Positions 20,644 to 30,158 of a stretch of 48,430 nucleotides of DNA are shown here, piece after piece (the first letter of the stretch is position 1; each line of letters starts with the position of its first letter). Origin of the DNA: Cyanobacteria bacterium J06626_4. GTDB taxonomy: Bacteria; Cyanobacteriota; Cyanobacteriia; Phormidesmidales; Phormidesmidaceae. Below the pieces are notes generated by a model. It worked only from the letters and a program-made list of their open reading frames with translations. It searched no databases and was not told the origin of the DNA. Location: positions 1 through 48,430 of the forward strand of contig JBCBJQ010000040.1 in the NCBI GenBank assembly GCA_038523235.1, written 5' to 3'. The translations under genes and the position numbers were made by a program.

Positions 20644-20982
20644 TTGGGCGCAAAAACTAGGACTGACAACGCATTGAGCAATTTTATGCCCCTTCACACT
20701 CTCAGTATAGAAAAAATACTCGGTATCAGAACAGGTTTCCGTATCGACAGTAAGAACCCATAGGAAACCTTTTCAGAGATGGGGACGTCTGCTGCCATCT
20801 CAAGCGGCGATAGAGCAGGGAAGGACAACAGGCCGCGCTACATTGAACCATCCGTAAATGCCGTTGCTCAGCTGTGGGCTTGTACCAGCAGCCCATTAGC
20901 GCCGGTCACCGGCGCAGTTGCGACGCTGAAAATTCGTACGGTAAGTCGACAGCCTTAATGATCGTCGGGTGTGTCATCGCCT

Positions 20983-21157
20983 GTACGTGTTTAGCGTCCA
21001 GCTACTGCCGATCCCCCTCAATCCCCCTAAAGCCCTGCGGGCATGGCTGCGCGTAGAAAAAGGGGGAAACCCTTGCACAGCGGAAAATCTGACATAGCCC
21101 CTTTTTCAAGGGGGCGGCGACAGCGGGGGATACTAAAAGATCACGCTAAACAGATAC
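20983..21157. mobile_element. 175-bp MITE with 15-bp TIRs and an 8-bp target-site duplication
   Basis: Left TIR gtacgtgtttagcgt (20983-20997); right TIR acgctaaacagatac (21143-21157), 13/15 inverted. CATCGCCT directly repeated at 20975-20982 and 21158-21165. Internal ccccc/ggggg REP-like hairpins. Confidence 0.85.
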
Positions 21158-21263
21158 CATCGCCTAGCCTGACGTACCCAAGCCATCTCTGGCAATGCGT
21201 TGGGCCATTGCCACAACAAAACCCTAGCAATATTTATTGATGGCTAACGACTGATCTAAACTG

Positions 21264-21899
21264 TTAACGCATCGCACCCATCGTATTTTTCCAGGAAAGT
21301 TCTTTGCACAGCACCGTTAAGGCTCGCTGGTCAGCCCCAACAAACAGGTTGCTGTCAATCAATTCGGCTAGCACCTGCTGCGTCAACTGGGCGGCAAAGA
21401 AGCCGCCAGAGCGCAGTAAGTGACTGTAATAGCGAAACTGAGGCTGACCGTCCGCGCTGCAGTGAAAGCGGTGCACCGTTTCAGTATCCAGGCTGTAGAC
21501 ATCTGTGTTCACAGGCACCACTTCTTTGGGAATGCCGTGCTGACCATAGACGCGATCGCCCTCATTCTCTAAACTGCCCACCAGCACCACGCCCAGCAGT
21601 GTACGGGTTTCGCTAATCAAATCGGGGGTGAAGATCGGATCGGGCTCGCTCGACAGCCGCGGCCCGTTGTTGAGAAACATCGGGTTAACCAGCTGCGAGT
21701 TATAAATCAGCCCCACCGCCCAATGGCGATCGCCATCTTCTAGCGCCACAAAGCGACCAAACCCATAATCGCCAGGTTGCGGCGGCGTCACCACATCATG
21801 GCTATCATCCACCTGAATGACGTAGTCACAGTGCGAGTTCGACTTCACCACTTTGCCAATGCGCTGCGAGGTTTCGACGCGATCCAAAAAATCCATCAT
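21264..21899 (-). CDS. Conserved hypothetical protein, possibly HAS-barrel-like
   Basis: IGKVVKSNSHCDYV...PPQPGDYGFGRFV...AVGLIYNSQL beta-rich N-terminus. The fold assignment is inference. Confidence 0.65.
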   Translation of the reverse strand: MMDFLDRVETSQRIGKVVKSNSHCDYVIQVDDSHDVVTPPQPGDYGFGRFVALEDGDRHWAVGLIYNSQLVNPMFLNNGPRLSSEPDPIFTPDLISETRTLLGVVLVGSLENEGDRVYGQHGIPKEVVPVNTDVYSLDTETVHRFHCSADGQPQFRYYSHLLRSGGFFAAQLTQQVLAELIDSNLFVGADQRALTVLCKELSWKNTMGAMR

Positions 21900-22209
21900 G
21901 CTCTGGGAATCCCTTCTTGCAGTAACGGCGGCGATCAGACTACGCACCTAGGCCATGCTGCCACCAGACTAGCAGTCAAGGGGGTTAAACGCAGCTTGAG
22001 ATTGGGGTAAAACATCCACCAGTAGGGTTAGCAACATATACAGAACTCTACATCTAGTGAGAGATCGCCAAGGTTAACCCTATGGCAAGCGCAACGTTGT
22101 TACGCCTGTCAATTAATAGTAGCTTTGTTCTTATCAAAGTGCTGGCTTCGAGGAGCCAGTGAACAGCTAGTCCTCCCCTCCAGCCCGCATTTAGTCAGCG
22201 AAATAGAGC

Positions 22210-22920
22210 TTATCCCTGACTCACATGAGTGACGGCTGGCGCGGTCGGGCGATCGCTCAGCACTTCACCGTCTCGAAAAGTGATGACGCGATCGCACTGC
22301 TGCGCCACGGCCTCGTCGTGGGTCACCATCACCAACGTCATGCCATCGCGGTTGAGATTTTTGAAAATCTCCAAAATGCTCCGGCTGGTCTGGGAGTCGA
22401 GCGCCCCGGTGGGCTCGTCGGCCAGCAGCAGCTTGGGCCGGTTCACAATGGCCCGCGCGATCGCCACGCGCTGTTGCTGCCCGCCCGACAGTTGATTGGG
22501 GCGGTTCTCTAGACGGTTGCCCAAACCCACTTTTTGTAGGGCTTTGATGGCCCGCGATCGCCGTTGCGGTAAGGACACATTGGCATACACCATCGGCAGC
22601 ATCACATTTTCGACTGCCGTGAGTTGGGGCAGCAGATAAAACTGCTGAAACACAAAACCAATTTTGCGATTGCGAATGTCGGCGAGGGCATCAGCCTCCA
22701 GCGTATCAACCGGAATGCCATCGATGCGATAGTGCCCCTGAGAAGGGCGATCTAAGCAGCCGATCAGGTTCATCGCGGTCGATTTGCCAGAGCCCGATGA
22801 CCCCACAATGGCGCAATACTCGCCGGCGTCAATACTCAGGCTGACGTCTTGCAGCGCGTGCACTTCGAGATCGCCAACACCGTAGGTTTTGCTGATGTGT
22901 TGCAGTTTAATCAACGGCAT
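22210..22920 (-). CDS. ABC transporter ATP-binding protein (MacB/LolD type)
   Basis: GSSGSGKST, IGFVFQQF, LSGGQQQRVAIARA, ADEPTGALD and VTHD. Start at ATG 22920. Confidence 0.95.
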   Translation of the reverse strand: MPLIKLQHISKTYGVGDLEVHALQDVSLSIDAGEYCAIVGSSGSGKSTAMNLIGCLDRPSQGHYRIDGIPVDTLEADALADIRNRKIGFVFQQFYLLPQLTAVENVMLPMVYANVSLPQRRSRAIKALQKVGLGNRLENRPNQLSGGQQQRVAIARAIVNRPKLLLADEPTGALDSQTSRSILEIFKNLNRDGMTLVMVTHDEAVAQQCDRVITFRDGEVLSDRPTAPAVTHVSQG

Positions 22921-22924
22921 AGGA

Positions 22925-24154
22925 TTAGCTCCGTAAGGCCACAATCGGGTCAAGGTTGGCAGCACGGCGGGCGGGCAACAAACCAAAAATCAGCCCGGTG
23001 CTGCCCGACACCGTGAACGAAATCGCGATCGCCGACAGGCTAATGCCTGCACTTAGAGGCGTGGTCAGGGTCAGAATCACAATGCTGACAATGCCGAGGC
23101 TGGAGCCAATCAAGCCGCCAATCACCGCCAAGATGATCGCCTCGATGGTGAACTGTACCGAGATATCGCTCCCCTTAGCGCCGATGGCTTTGCGCAGGCC
23201 AATTTCCTGAGTGCGCTCACTCACCGACACCAGCATGATATTCATGATGCCGATGCCCCCCACCAGCAGCGAAATCCCGGCCGTGAATCCCAGCACCAAA
23301 ATCAAAATGTCGGTAATGCTGGCCGCTGTGTCGAGCAAATCTTGCTGACTCTGTACGGTAAAGTCGTTTTCCTGAGTTAACAGGCCGTGGCGTAGCCGCA
23401 GCAGGTTCGTAATTTGATAGATGGCCGCACTGGCACTGGTAGCATCGCGGGCCGACACGGCAATGGTTTGCACCGTTGGGCTGGTTTTGCCCACGCCCTG
23501 GCCCGTAATCTGATTCACCATCACCTGAATCGGAATATAGACCGTCTCATCCTGGTTTTGGCCAAAGGATGAGCCTCGAGGAGTAATTACCCCCACTACC
23601 ATAAATCTGACGTTATCGACCCGGATGCCCTGATTAATGGGGTCCTGATCGCCAAATAAAGTTTGAGCCGTCTCACTCCCTAAAACCGCCACCGGCAAAT
23701 TGCTCTGAGCATCCACGGGGCTCAGAAACCGCCCCTGGGCCAGCGTTACCTGACGCACGGTTAAATATTCGGGAACCGTACCCAGCACATTAGCCTGGGT
23801 TTCGGCAGCCCCGTGAGTCACCCGCAGACGCTGGCTTTTTTCTGGAGAAACCTCGCTAACGGCCAGCACTTCGGCAGCGATCGCCTCAGCATCCGCCAGG
23901 GTCAGGGTATCGGCCCGACTCACCCCCGCCGTGGGGCCACGTTGGGCATCGCCTGGGGTCACAAACAAGACATTCGTGCCCAATGATTCAAACTGCCGAG
24001 TGACGTAGCCTTGGGCGGCCTGTCCAGCGGCCACCATTGCAATGACAGAAGCATTACCGATAATGATACCCAGCATGGTCAAGCCACTGCGAAGCTTGTT
24101 GGCGCCCAGAGTTTTGATCGCCATCGTGGCATTTTCAAAGAGGTTATAGGCCAT
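22925..24154 (-). CDS. ABC transporter permease (MacB/FtsX type)
   Basis: NKLRSGLTMLGIIIG, GGIGIMNIMLVSVSERTQEIGLRKAIGA and PARRAANLDPIVALRS. Confidence 0.95.
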   Translation of the reverse strand: MAYNLFENATMAIKTLGANKLRSGLTMLGIIIGNASVIAMVAAGQAAQGYVTRQFESLGTNVLFVTPGDAQRGPTAGVSRADTLTLADAEAIAAEVLAVSEVSPEKSQRLRVTHGAAETQANVLGTVPEYLTVRQVTLAQGRFLSPVDAQSNLPVAVLGSETAQTLFGDQDPINQGIRVDNVRFMVVGVITPRGSSFGQNQDETVYIPIQVMVNQITGQGVGKTSPTVQTIAVSARDATSASAAIYQITNLLRLRHGLLTQENDFTVQSQQDLLDTAASITDILILVLGFTAGISLLVGGIGIMNIMLVSVSERTQEIGLRKAIGAKGSDISVQFTIEAIILAVIGGLIGSSLGIVSIVILTLTTPLSAGISLSAIAISFTVSGSTGLIFGLLPARRAANLDPIVALRS

Positions 24155-24499
24155 CGTATTGAGGGGTAAAAATCAAGGCTCCTCTACACCCTTGGGTGGA
24201 CGAGGCTATTTGCGGGATGCTTGTACTCAAGCTTGTGACGGGCAGGCTTGATGGCCATCCTGGCCGTTCTTAACCGGTCGGTTGAGGAGCGACAAGCCGG
24301 TCGATCAGAGCAGGCTAGGAAGCCTACCCAACATGGTTTTTCTTTTGGTCAGGTCGTCTAAACATCATGATCGACTTTCTCCAAAACATAGACACCGCGC
24401 TGTTGGGGTTCACCCTTGCACCCTTGGTATGCGGCTGGCGGGAGCTGGGGAGGAATCTCGGCGTCTCTGAGTCTTACTCAAACGCCTAAGGCTTGAGAT

Positions 24500-25849
24500 T
24501 TAGGGAGGAAAAGAAGGACGCTCACGCTGCACTTCCGGTAAATCAATGAACACCTGGTCATCCGCCTCTAGCCCGCTCAAAATTTGAGTCTTGCCATCTT
24601 GGGTAAGGCCGACAGTGACGGGCTGAAACGTGGGATTGCCCTCGTCATCCGCAATCTGTATGCCCAATTGCCCCGCTTCGGTGGCGATCGCCACCGTCGG
24701 CACCATCAAGGCATCGACCACGGTTTCGCCAATAAAGGTGGCATCCACCGTCATGCCCGATTTCAGCTGATCCAGACCCGTCAGGGGCGTCACCACCACT
24801 TGAAATAGGGTCACATTGTTTTCGATCACGGCCTCGGGGGCAATGCGCTTAACCCGGCCAGTAAACACCTGCTGCGGAAAGGCATCGGCAACAATTTCGA
24901 CCGATTGGCCCACCTGCACTTGGGCAATGTTGGCCTCCGAAACATCCACCTCAACCTCCAGCCCAGCGGAAATCGCCAAAATTGAGCTAGAGGTCGCTGA
25001 CGCGGTCGCGGAAGCCGAGGTGGTCGGAGTCACAATCGCCCCGATAGTGGCGTAGGTTTGGGTAATCACGCCGTCAAAAGGCGCGCGAATTACCGCTTCT
25101 TCAATTTGCGTTTCAATCGCTGCCACCTGAGCGGCGGCAGCGGCCACGGCAGCCGCCGCGGCAGTAATCTCCTCTGGGCGAGAGCCGCTGGCCGCTTCTT
25201 CCAGCTGAGCTTGAGCCTGCGCAAAGTTGGCTGCGGCACTGTTGGCTTCATTAACGTACTGATCCAACTCACTCTGGGAAATTGCTCCCTGAGCGGCCAG
25301 CTCGCGGTAGCGCACCAGCTGTGTCGCGGCCAAAGTCACTTGCGATTGAGCCGCAGTCACCTCGGCCTCCGCTCGCCGAATGTCTTCCGAGCGATTGCCC
25401 GCCAGCGCCTTGGCATAGTCGGCTTCAGCCTGAGCTAGCTGGGCCTGACCCTGCCTGAGTTCGTCGGTCAGGGTGCCCACTTCCATCTGGGCGAGAACCT
25501 CGCCGGCCTGCACTGGGTCACCCTGCTCGCCATATAGACTTTCTAGGCGACCCGCGATTTTAGGACTGAGGTTAACGGTATCTTGAGCCACCACGCTGCC
25601 AGTACCCTCCACCCGCACCGTGAGGGGTGAGGTCTCTACCGGCTGGGTTAGTGTCGTCAATGACTGTTCGCGGGTGGCACGCGGTCCCCGTAATAGCCGC
25701 AACCCAATGAGTCCCATCAAGATCAGCCCGAGCACCCCCACCACGATCGCCCAGGTCGGCAAACGGCGGCGAGTTGGGCGCAAGGGCTCGGCCAGGTCAA
25801 TCGCCTCCTCAGTCTGATCGGGTGGCGACAAAGAGTGCTCTGTTTTCAT
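24500..25849 (-). CDS. Efflux periplasmic adaptor / membrane-fusion protein (MacA/HlyD type)
   Basis: N-terminal TM, lipoyl half-motifs (GDPVQAGEVLA; IRAPFDGVI) and a long coiled coil. Confidence 0.92.
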   Translation of the reverse strand: MKTEHSLSPPDQTEEAIDLAEPLRPTRRRLPTWAIVVGVLGLILMGLIGLRLLRGPRATREQSLTTLTQPVETSPLTVRVEGTGSVVAQDTVNLSPKIAGRLESLYGEQGDPVQAGEVLAQMEVGTLTDELRQGQAQLAQAEADYAKALAGNRSEDIRRAEAEVTAAQSQVTLAATQLVRYRELAAQGAISQSELDQYVNEANSAAANFAQAQAQLEEAASGSRPEEITAAAAAVAAAAAQVAAIETQIEEAVIRAPFDGVITQTYATIGAIVTPTTSASATASATSSSILAISAGLEVEVDVSEANIAQVQVGQSVEIVADAFPQQVFTGRVKRIAPEAVIENNVTLFQVVVTPLTGLDQLKSGMTVDATFIGETVVDALMVPTVAIATEAGQLGIQIADDEGNPTFQPVTVGLTQDGKTQILSGLEADDQVFIDLPEVQRERPSFPP

Positions 25850-25893
25850 ATCACAACGATCAAAAGCAGCGTTAATTAAAGGTCAGATAGGTG

Positions 25894-26011
25894 TAATCCC
25901 AATTCGCTGAATTTGGACTACACATCAAAAAAGTATGTAGCCCCCTTCGACAAGGGGGCAGCGACAGCGGGGGAGCCCCGATCTGTAGCGCTACTTTGCA
26001 GAACTGATATA
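25894..26011 (-). repeat. Dispersed MITE-like repeat, family A, copy 3 (inverted, different core)
   Basis: Left arm atcccaattcgctgaatttggactacacat matches the reverse complement of the copy-1 right arm at 25/30. Its right arm matches the copy-1 left arm at 23/31. The core matches the hairpin inside the 20983 MITE. Confidence 0.7.
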
Positions 26012-26221
26012 AGGCGAGGCCAGTCGGGGGCGATCGCGCCGCGTTGTGCCACAGCGCCTCGCTCTGGGTTGATGCACCCTCAGGGGGGTGATGCACCCGC
26101 AAGGGAGAGAATGAATTTGGATGAGCTTTCAGAAAACTCCTCTGGGTAACCGTTTCCGGGCATCCAGAGGAGCGTGATGGAGTGTCATGTGCAAGAAACT
26201 GAGGTGAGTGACAAGGACTCG

Positions 26222-26635
26222 TTACAAGCCCAGCAAGCCGAGATCTTGCGCCTCTTCAAACTGTTCTGCCGATAAAATTCCTTGCACAGCTGCCGTCATG
26301 TCCGTCTGCAGACTGTCCAATTGGCTGGCTTGATCTGAGCTGAGGTCAAGCTCTGTGACGAGGTCAGGGCGGTCATCCGTAGCAGACTCATCCTGCATTT
26401 CTTCCTTGAGATCAGCGAGCTGTTGCTGCTGCTCGGAAGTCAAAATATCTTCGAGTTCAGACTGGTAGCCCTGCATCACGCCCCGCAGCTCCTGCATCTG
26501 CGACCGGCTCAGGTTCAGCGATCGAATGGCCTCACGGTTGGCTCCGGCAGATTGACTCATGGCCAAACGCGGGGTGGCGATGAGCAGAGCCCCCACGCCA
26601 ACGCTGATCAGCAATACTTTAGATGTAGTTCGCAT
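26222..26635 (-). CDS. Spy/CpxP-like periplasmic protein
   Basis: Signal peptide and four LTxxQ-like motifs (LSRSQ, LTSEQ, LSSDQ, LSAEQ). Confidence 0.7.
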   Translation of the reverse strand: MRTTSKVLLISVGVGALLIATPRLAMSQSAGANREAIRSLNLSRSQMQELRGVMQGYQSELEDILTSEQQQQLADLKEEMQDESATDDRPDLVTELDLSSDQASQLDSLQTDMTAAVQGILSAEQFEEAQDLGLLGL

Positions 26636-26816
26636 CAAAGCTTCTTTAAAGCTCATTTAATTTCTCCAAAATGAGGATAGAACGCAAACTCCCAGAGAAC
26701 GCCGACTCCTTAGCTTCAGGGTGTGATCCTCAAAAACTTGCGCCGAATCCAGTGGGATAGGCCAATCCTAGGGGGCGTGGCCGCGATCGCACCTGAAGCA
26801 AATCTCCCAAAGTCGG

Positions 26817-26890
26817 TAGGGCAAATGTCGCAACTCCAACTAGGAGAATTGTCCTAAGTGGCAGCCTGGTGAATAGGACATACGTCGCTA
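26817..26890. promoter_or_regulatory. Three imperfect TAGGAC-N4-GTCCTA palindromes, putative response-regulator operators
   Basis: tagggcaaatgtcgca (26817), taggagaattgtccta (26841) and taggacatacgtcgcta (26874), all in the divergent promoter region. Confidence 0.6.
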
Positions 26891-27110
26891 GCGGTCAACA
26901 GTTAGTCGCCAGTAGAGTGAAAAGTAGTTCCCTGGATGACGGCCTGATGGTCGGCCCTACTCTGCCCCCGGCGATCGCTCGACAGACCACAGCCGTTGCT
27001 GCCGTCATGGCTGTGGGCTGCAGCTTTCTTGCAGCGCTCTCCCGAGGAGGGCACCGAGGGAAGGGTTACGGGCCTTAGCCACCCAGTGGTGAGCTGGCAG
27101 ACGCTGGCGG

Positions 27111-28379
27111 ATGTTGCATTGTGGAGTTTCTCTCGTGAAGTCAGATGTCAGGCGATCGCACGCCCCCTTCAAACAGCTCCTTTATGTGGAGTGGATTCTG
27201 TTGGGGATGGCGGCCTTAGCCACCCTATCTTCAATGGCACTCTTCCCCGATCAGCGAGTGGCTTGGGTGGAAATCAGCCTGATTTTAGGACTCGCCGTCA
27301 TGGGCTTGCACTTGCCGCAGCGGTGGTTACCCAAGCTCAGTTACACGGTGATTGAGTTAGGCAGCTTGATCATATTGACGCTCTACACGGGGCGATCGTC
27401 CACCATGACACCGTTGCTACCGCTGCTCGGCATGGTGGTGGTGATCCGAAGCTGCCAAATGCTGCAGGGCTGGTGGCGGGTAGCTGTAGTGGTGATCGTG
27501 TTTACCCTACACGGCATGGTGGTCTTTGCCCGAGGCGACCTTCCCGTGCCCCCCCTCATCGTGCAAAGACTGGGAACCCCACCCACCGATTGGCAGATGA
27601 ATGCCATTAAAACCAACCTGATCATCTTTTTTGGGCTGGTGCTGGTGTTTGTGTTGTTGCTGGTCAATGCGCTGCTGTCGGTTTATCGCAGCCAGCAAGA
27701 TTTGGCGATCGCTCATGACCAGCTACGGGCCTATGCCGCCAAGGTCGAAAACCAAGCGACCCTGCAGGAGCGCAACCGCATTGCCCGAGAGATTCACGAT
27801 TCGCTAGGCCATTCCCTCACGGCTCAAACCATCTTGCTCGAAAATGCCTTACTCTTTTTGCCACCCCAGGCCCACCGCGCCCGTGACTATTTGACGACAG
27901 CGACTGAGTCGGCCTACCGGGCGCTGCGAGATGTCTCTAAATCAGTCTCCGCCCTGCGCACAGACCCCTTGCAGGATGTCCCCCTCAACCAAGCCATTCC
28001 GACCCTAATCAGAGAGATCTGCCAGCCCGCCGATATTGTCCCGGATTACCAGGTGGAGCTCCCTGACGCCCTCCCAGAAGACGTTGGCCTCGCTCTCTTT
28101 CGCATCGTTCAAGAAGCCTTAACCAACACGGTTAAGCACAGCCGGGCCCAACAGGTGCAGATCAGATTAGTGACCAAAGCTCATCGCCTGCATCTGCAAG
28201 TACTCGATAATGGCAAGGGCTTTGACCCGAGCAAAAACACCACTGGTTTTGGCCTGCGGGGCATGCGAGAACGGGCGACGGCCCTGGGGGGCACCTGCCA
28301 AATTTGGAGCGCTCCGGGTGCGGGCTGCCGCATCAGCGTCATTTTGCCCCTGCCCAATGCCCTCGTTCACTTGGCTTGA
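27111..28379 (+). CDS. Membrane sensor histidine kinase (HisKA_3, NarX/DesK type); exact start uncertain
   Basis: ERNRIAREIHDSLGHSLT, RIVQEALTNTVKHS, DNGKGFD and GFGLRGMRER. Confidence 0.93.
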   Translation: MLHCGVSLVKSDVRRSHAPFKQLLYVEWILLGMAALATLSSMALFPDQRVAWVEISLILGLAVMGLHLPQRWLPKLSYTVIELGSLIILTLYTGRSSTMTPLLPLLGMVVVIRSCQMLQGWWRVAVVVIVFTLHGMVVFARGDLPVPPLIVQRLGTPPTDWQMNAIKTNLIIFFGLVLVFVLLLVNALLSVYRSQQDLAIAHDQLRAYAAKVENQATLQERNRIAREIHDSLGHSLTAQTILLENALLFLPPQAHRARDYLTTATESAYRALRDVSKSVSALRTDPLQDVPLNQAIPTLIREICQPADIVPDYQVELPDALPEDVGLALFRIVQEALTNTVKHSRAQQVQIRLVTKAHRLHLQVLDNGKGFDPSKNTTGFGLRGMRERATALGGTCQIWSAPGAGCRISVILPLPNALVHLA

Positions 28380-28387
28380 GTAGACCG

Positions 28388-29044
28388 ATGATTCGCATCT
28401 TACTGGTCGATGATCAAACCATTATTCGCCAGGGGTTGGCTAATCTGCTAGCCGCCCAGCCTGATCTGACCGTGGTCGGTGATGCCGAGAATGGTCAGCA
28501 GGCCGTCGAACAGGTCGCCAGTCTCTACAACACGCCGCGTCAGCCGGACGTCGTTTTGATGGATGTGCGCATGCCCGAGATCGACGGGGTTGCCGCAACG
28601 CGCCAGATTTGCGAAGAGTTTCCGGGGATCAAAATCTTGGTGCTCACCACCTTTGATGATGACGATTACGTGCAGCAAGCCATGCGCTACGGGGCCAAAG
28701 GATACCTGCTCAAACAAACGCCCATTGCCGATCTGGCGGTGGCCATTCGAGCCGTGCACCAGGGCTACACTCACATGGGGCCAGGGCTGTTTGAAAAAAC
28801 CTTTACTCTAACCCCCATCACCCCACCCAAAATGTTGATGCCGCCGGCCTTAGCGGCCCTTTCACCTCGCGAGCAAGAGGTGCTCAAGCTGATCAGCAGT
28901 GGTCTCAGCAATCGCGAAATTGCTCAAACGCTCTTTATTTCTGAGCGCACCGTACGTAATCACGTGACCAGCATTCTCAGCCAGCTGCAATTGCGCGATC
29001 GCACCCAGGCCGCTCTTTTAGCCAGCACCTTTCTGAAGCCTTAG
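28388..29044 (+). CDS. NarL/LuxR-family response regulator
   Basis: MIRILLVDD, PDVVLMDVRMP, LTTFDD and LSPREQEVL...SNREIA HTH. ATG at 28388. Confidence 0.95.
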   Translation: MIRILLVDDQTIIRQGLANLLAAQPDLTVVGDAENGQQAVEQVASLYNTPRQPDVVLMDVRMPEIDGVAATRQICEEFPGIKILVLTTFDDDDYVQQAMRYGAKGYLLKQTPIADLAVAIRAVHQGYTHMGPGLFEKTFTLTPITPPKMLMPPALAALSPREQEVLKLISSGLSNREIAQTLFISERTVRNHVTSILSQLQLRDRTQAALLASTFLKP

Positions 29045-29255
29045 AACAAGAACGGAGCACCCCCAATTCACCGATGCCAAGCTTGGTGCCAGGCAGATTA
29101 CTGGGGTGCGATCGCAGTGCCCTAGCCGCCTCCATACCAACAAACAAAGATGGGCATGACTCGATCATCCAGTGCAAGCTAGCACTACTTGAATCGAACC
29201 ATGCCCAAATTTTTGGAGACCATCACAGCGTCACGTTCAAGGGTGACACCGCAGA

Positions 29256-29741
29256 TTAAGACATCGCCTGAATGATGTAATCAAAGTAAGGCTCAGCCTC
29301 GGTGACCTCTTCATTAGACAACAGGCCCAAAGATGCTTCTTTGAGGCAGCGAATGGCTTCAACCATGCCCGGCACCGGCACATCGAGTGCGTTGTACATT
29401 TCACGGACGCCCACCAAGCCAATGCTTTCAATCGGGCCTTTATCGCCCGCAATGATGCCGTAGGTGATTAAGCGCAAATACCAACCATAATCGCGCAGGC
29501 AGAGGGCTCGCTGCTTTTGGCCAAAGGCATTACCGCCAGGGGCGATAAAATCAGGTCGCCGCCGCCAAAGCTCTTGGCTGGCTTTATCGACAATCTTTTT
29601 TTCATTTTCAGACAGAGTCTGAGCAATTTGCATGCGCTGCTCACCGGTGGACAAATAAGCCCCAATACTTTGAAGCTCGCCAGCAGTGGGATAGCGCAGC
29701 TCATCGTCGGCGTTCAAAATAACTTGACTGACTACAGACAT
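29256..29741 (-). CDS. apcD: Allophycocyanin alpha-B subunit
   Basis: [25 protein letters not shown] and [16 protein letters not shown]; 161 aa. Confidence 0.95.
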   Translation of the reverse strand: MSVVSQVILNADDELRYPTAGELQSIGAYLSTGEQRMQIAQTLSENEKKIVDKASQELWRRRPDFIAPGGNAFGQKQRALCLRDYGWYLRLITYGIIAGDKGPIESIGLVGVREMYNALDVPVPGMVEAIRCLKEASLGLLSNEEVTEAEPYFDYIIQAMS

Positions 29742-30083
29742 ATTTTTATAAGAAACAGGGATGGATGACTGCTTATTACTGCCAGTGTACAGATTCCAGT
29801 CTTCTCAGGAAAGGAATTCGTAGTCTGTGTAACGTCTTTAGCGAGTTTTCAGAGCATTTACCCGTGCAAACGTTTACACTTCTTCAAAAAATGGGACGAA
29901 TACGGCGTTCCATTCTGGCGCGGCACACTCCAAAATCAGATATTCTCCATTTGGCTTGCCCCCACAATGGGGACTCACCAGCGAGTTGGGTTCGCTCACG
30001 CTGCCGCGCGCACGCTCACCCACACTGCCTGCGGTTCTGCAACATCACTCGCCTTCTTCGAAATAAGGTGTAGTGCTTTAGAG

Positions 30084-30158
30084 TCTGTGGATGCTTCTTC
30101 TGCCATTAGTGCCTTCACAATAAACTGGCAACCTTAGCCAAAACTCTAGAACCTCACC
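30084..30158. repeat. 75-bp imperfect direct repeat, copy 1 (partner 32078-32152)
   Basis: Ungapped manual alignment gives 58/75 identity, with exact blocks tggatgcttcttc and ctggcaacctta. Confidence 0.85.

Noticed and set aside
20705..20719. NtcA-like GTA...TAC site
   Set aside because: The spacer is 9 nt, not the required 8.
29820..29890. HLR1 (RpaB) site upstream of apcD
   Set aside because: Only single TTACA half-sites are present and the direct-repeat spacing does not fit well.
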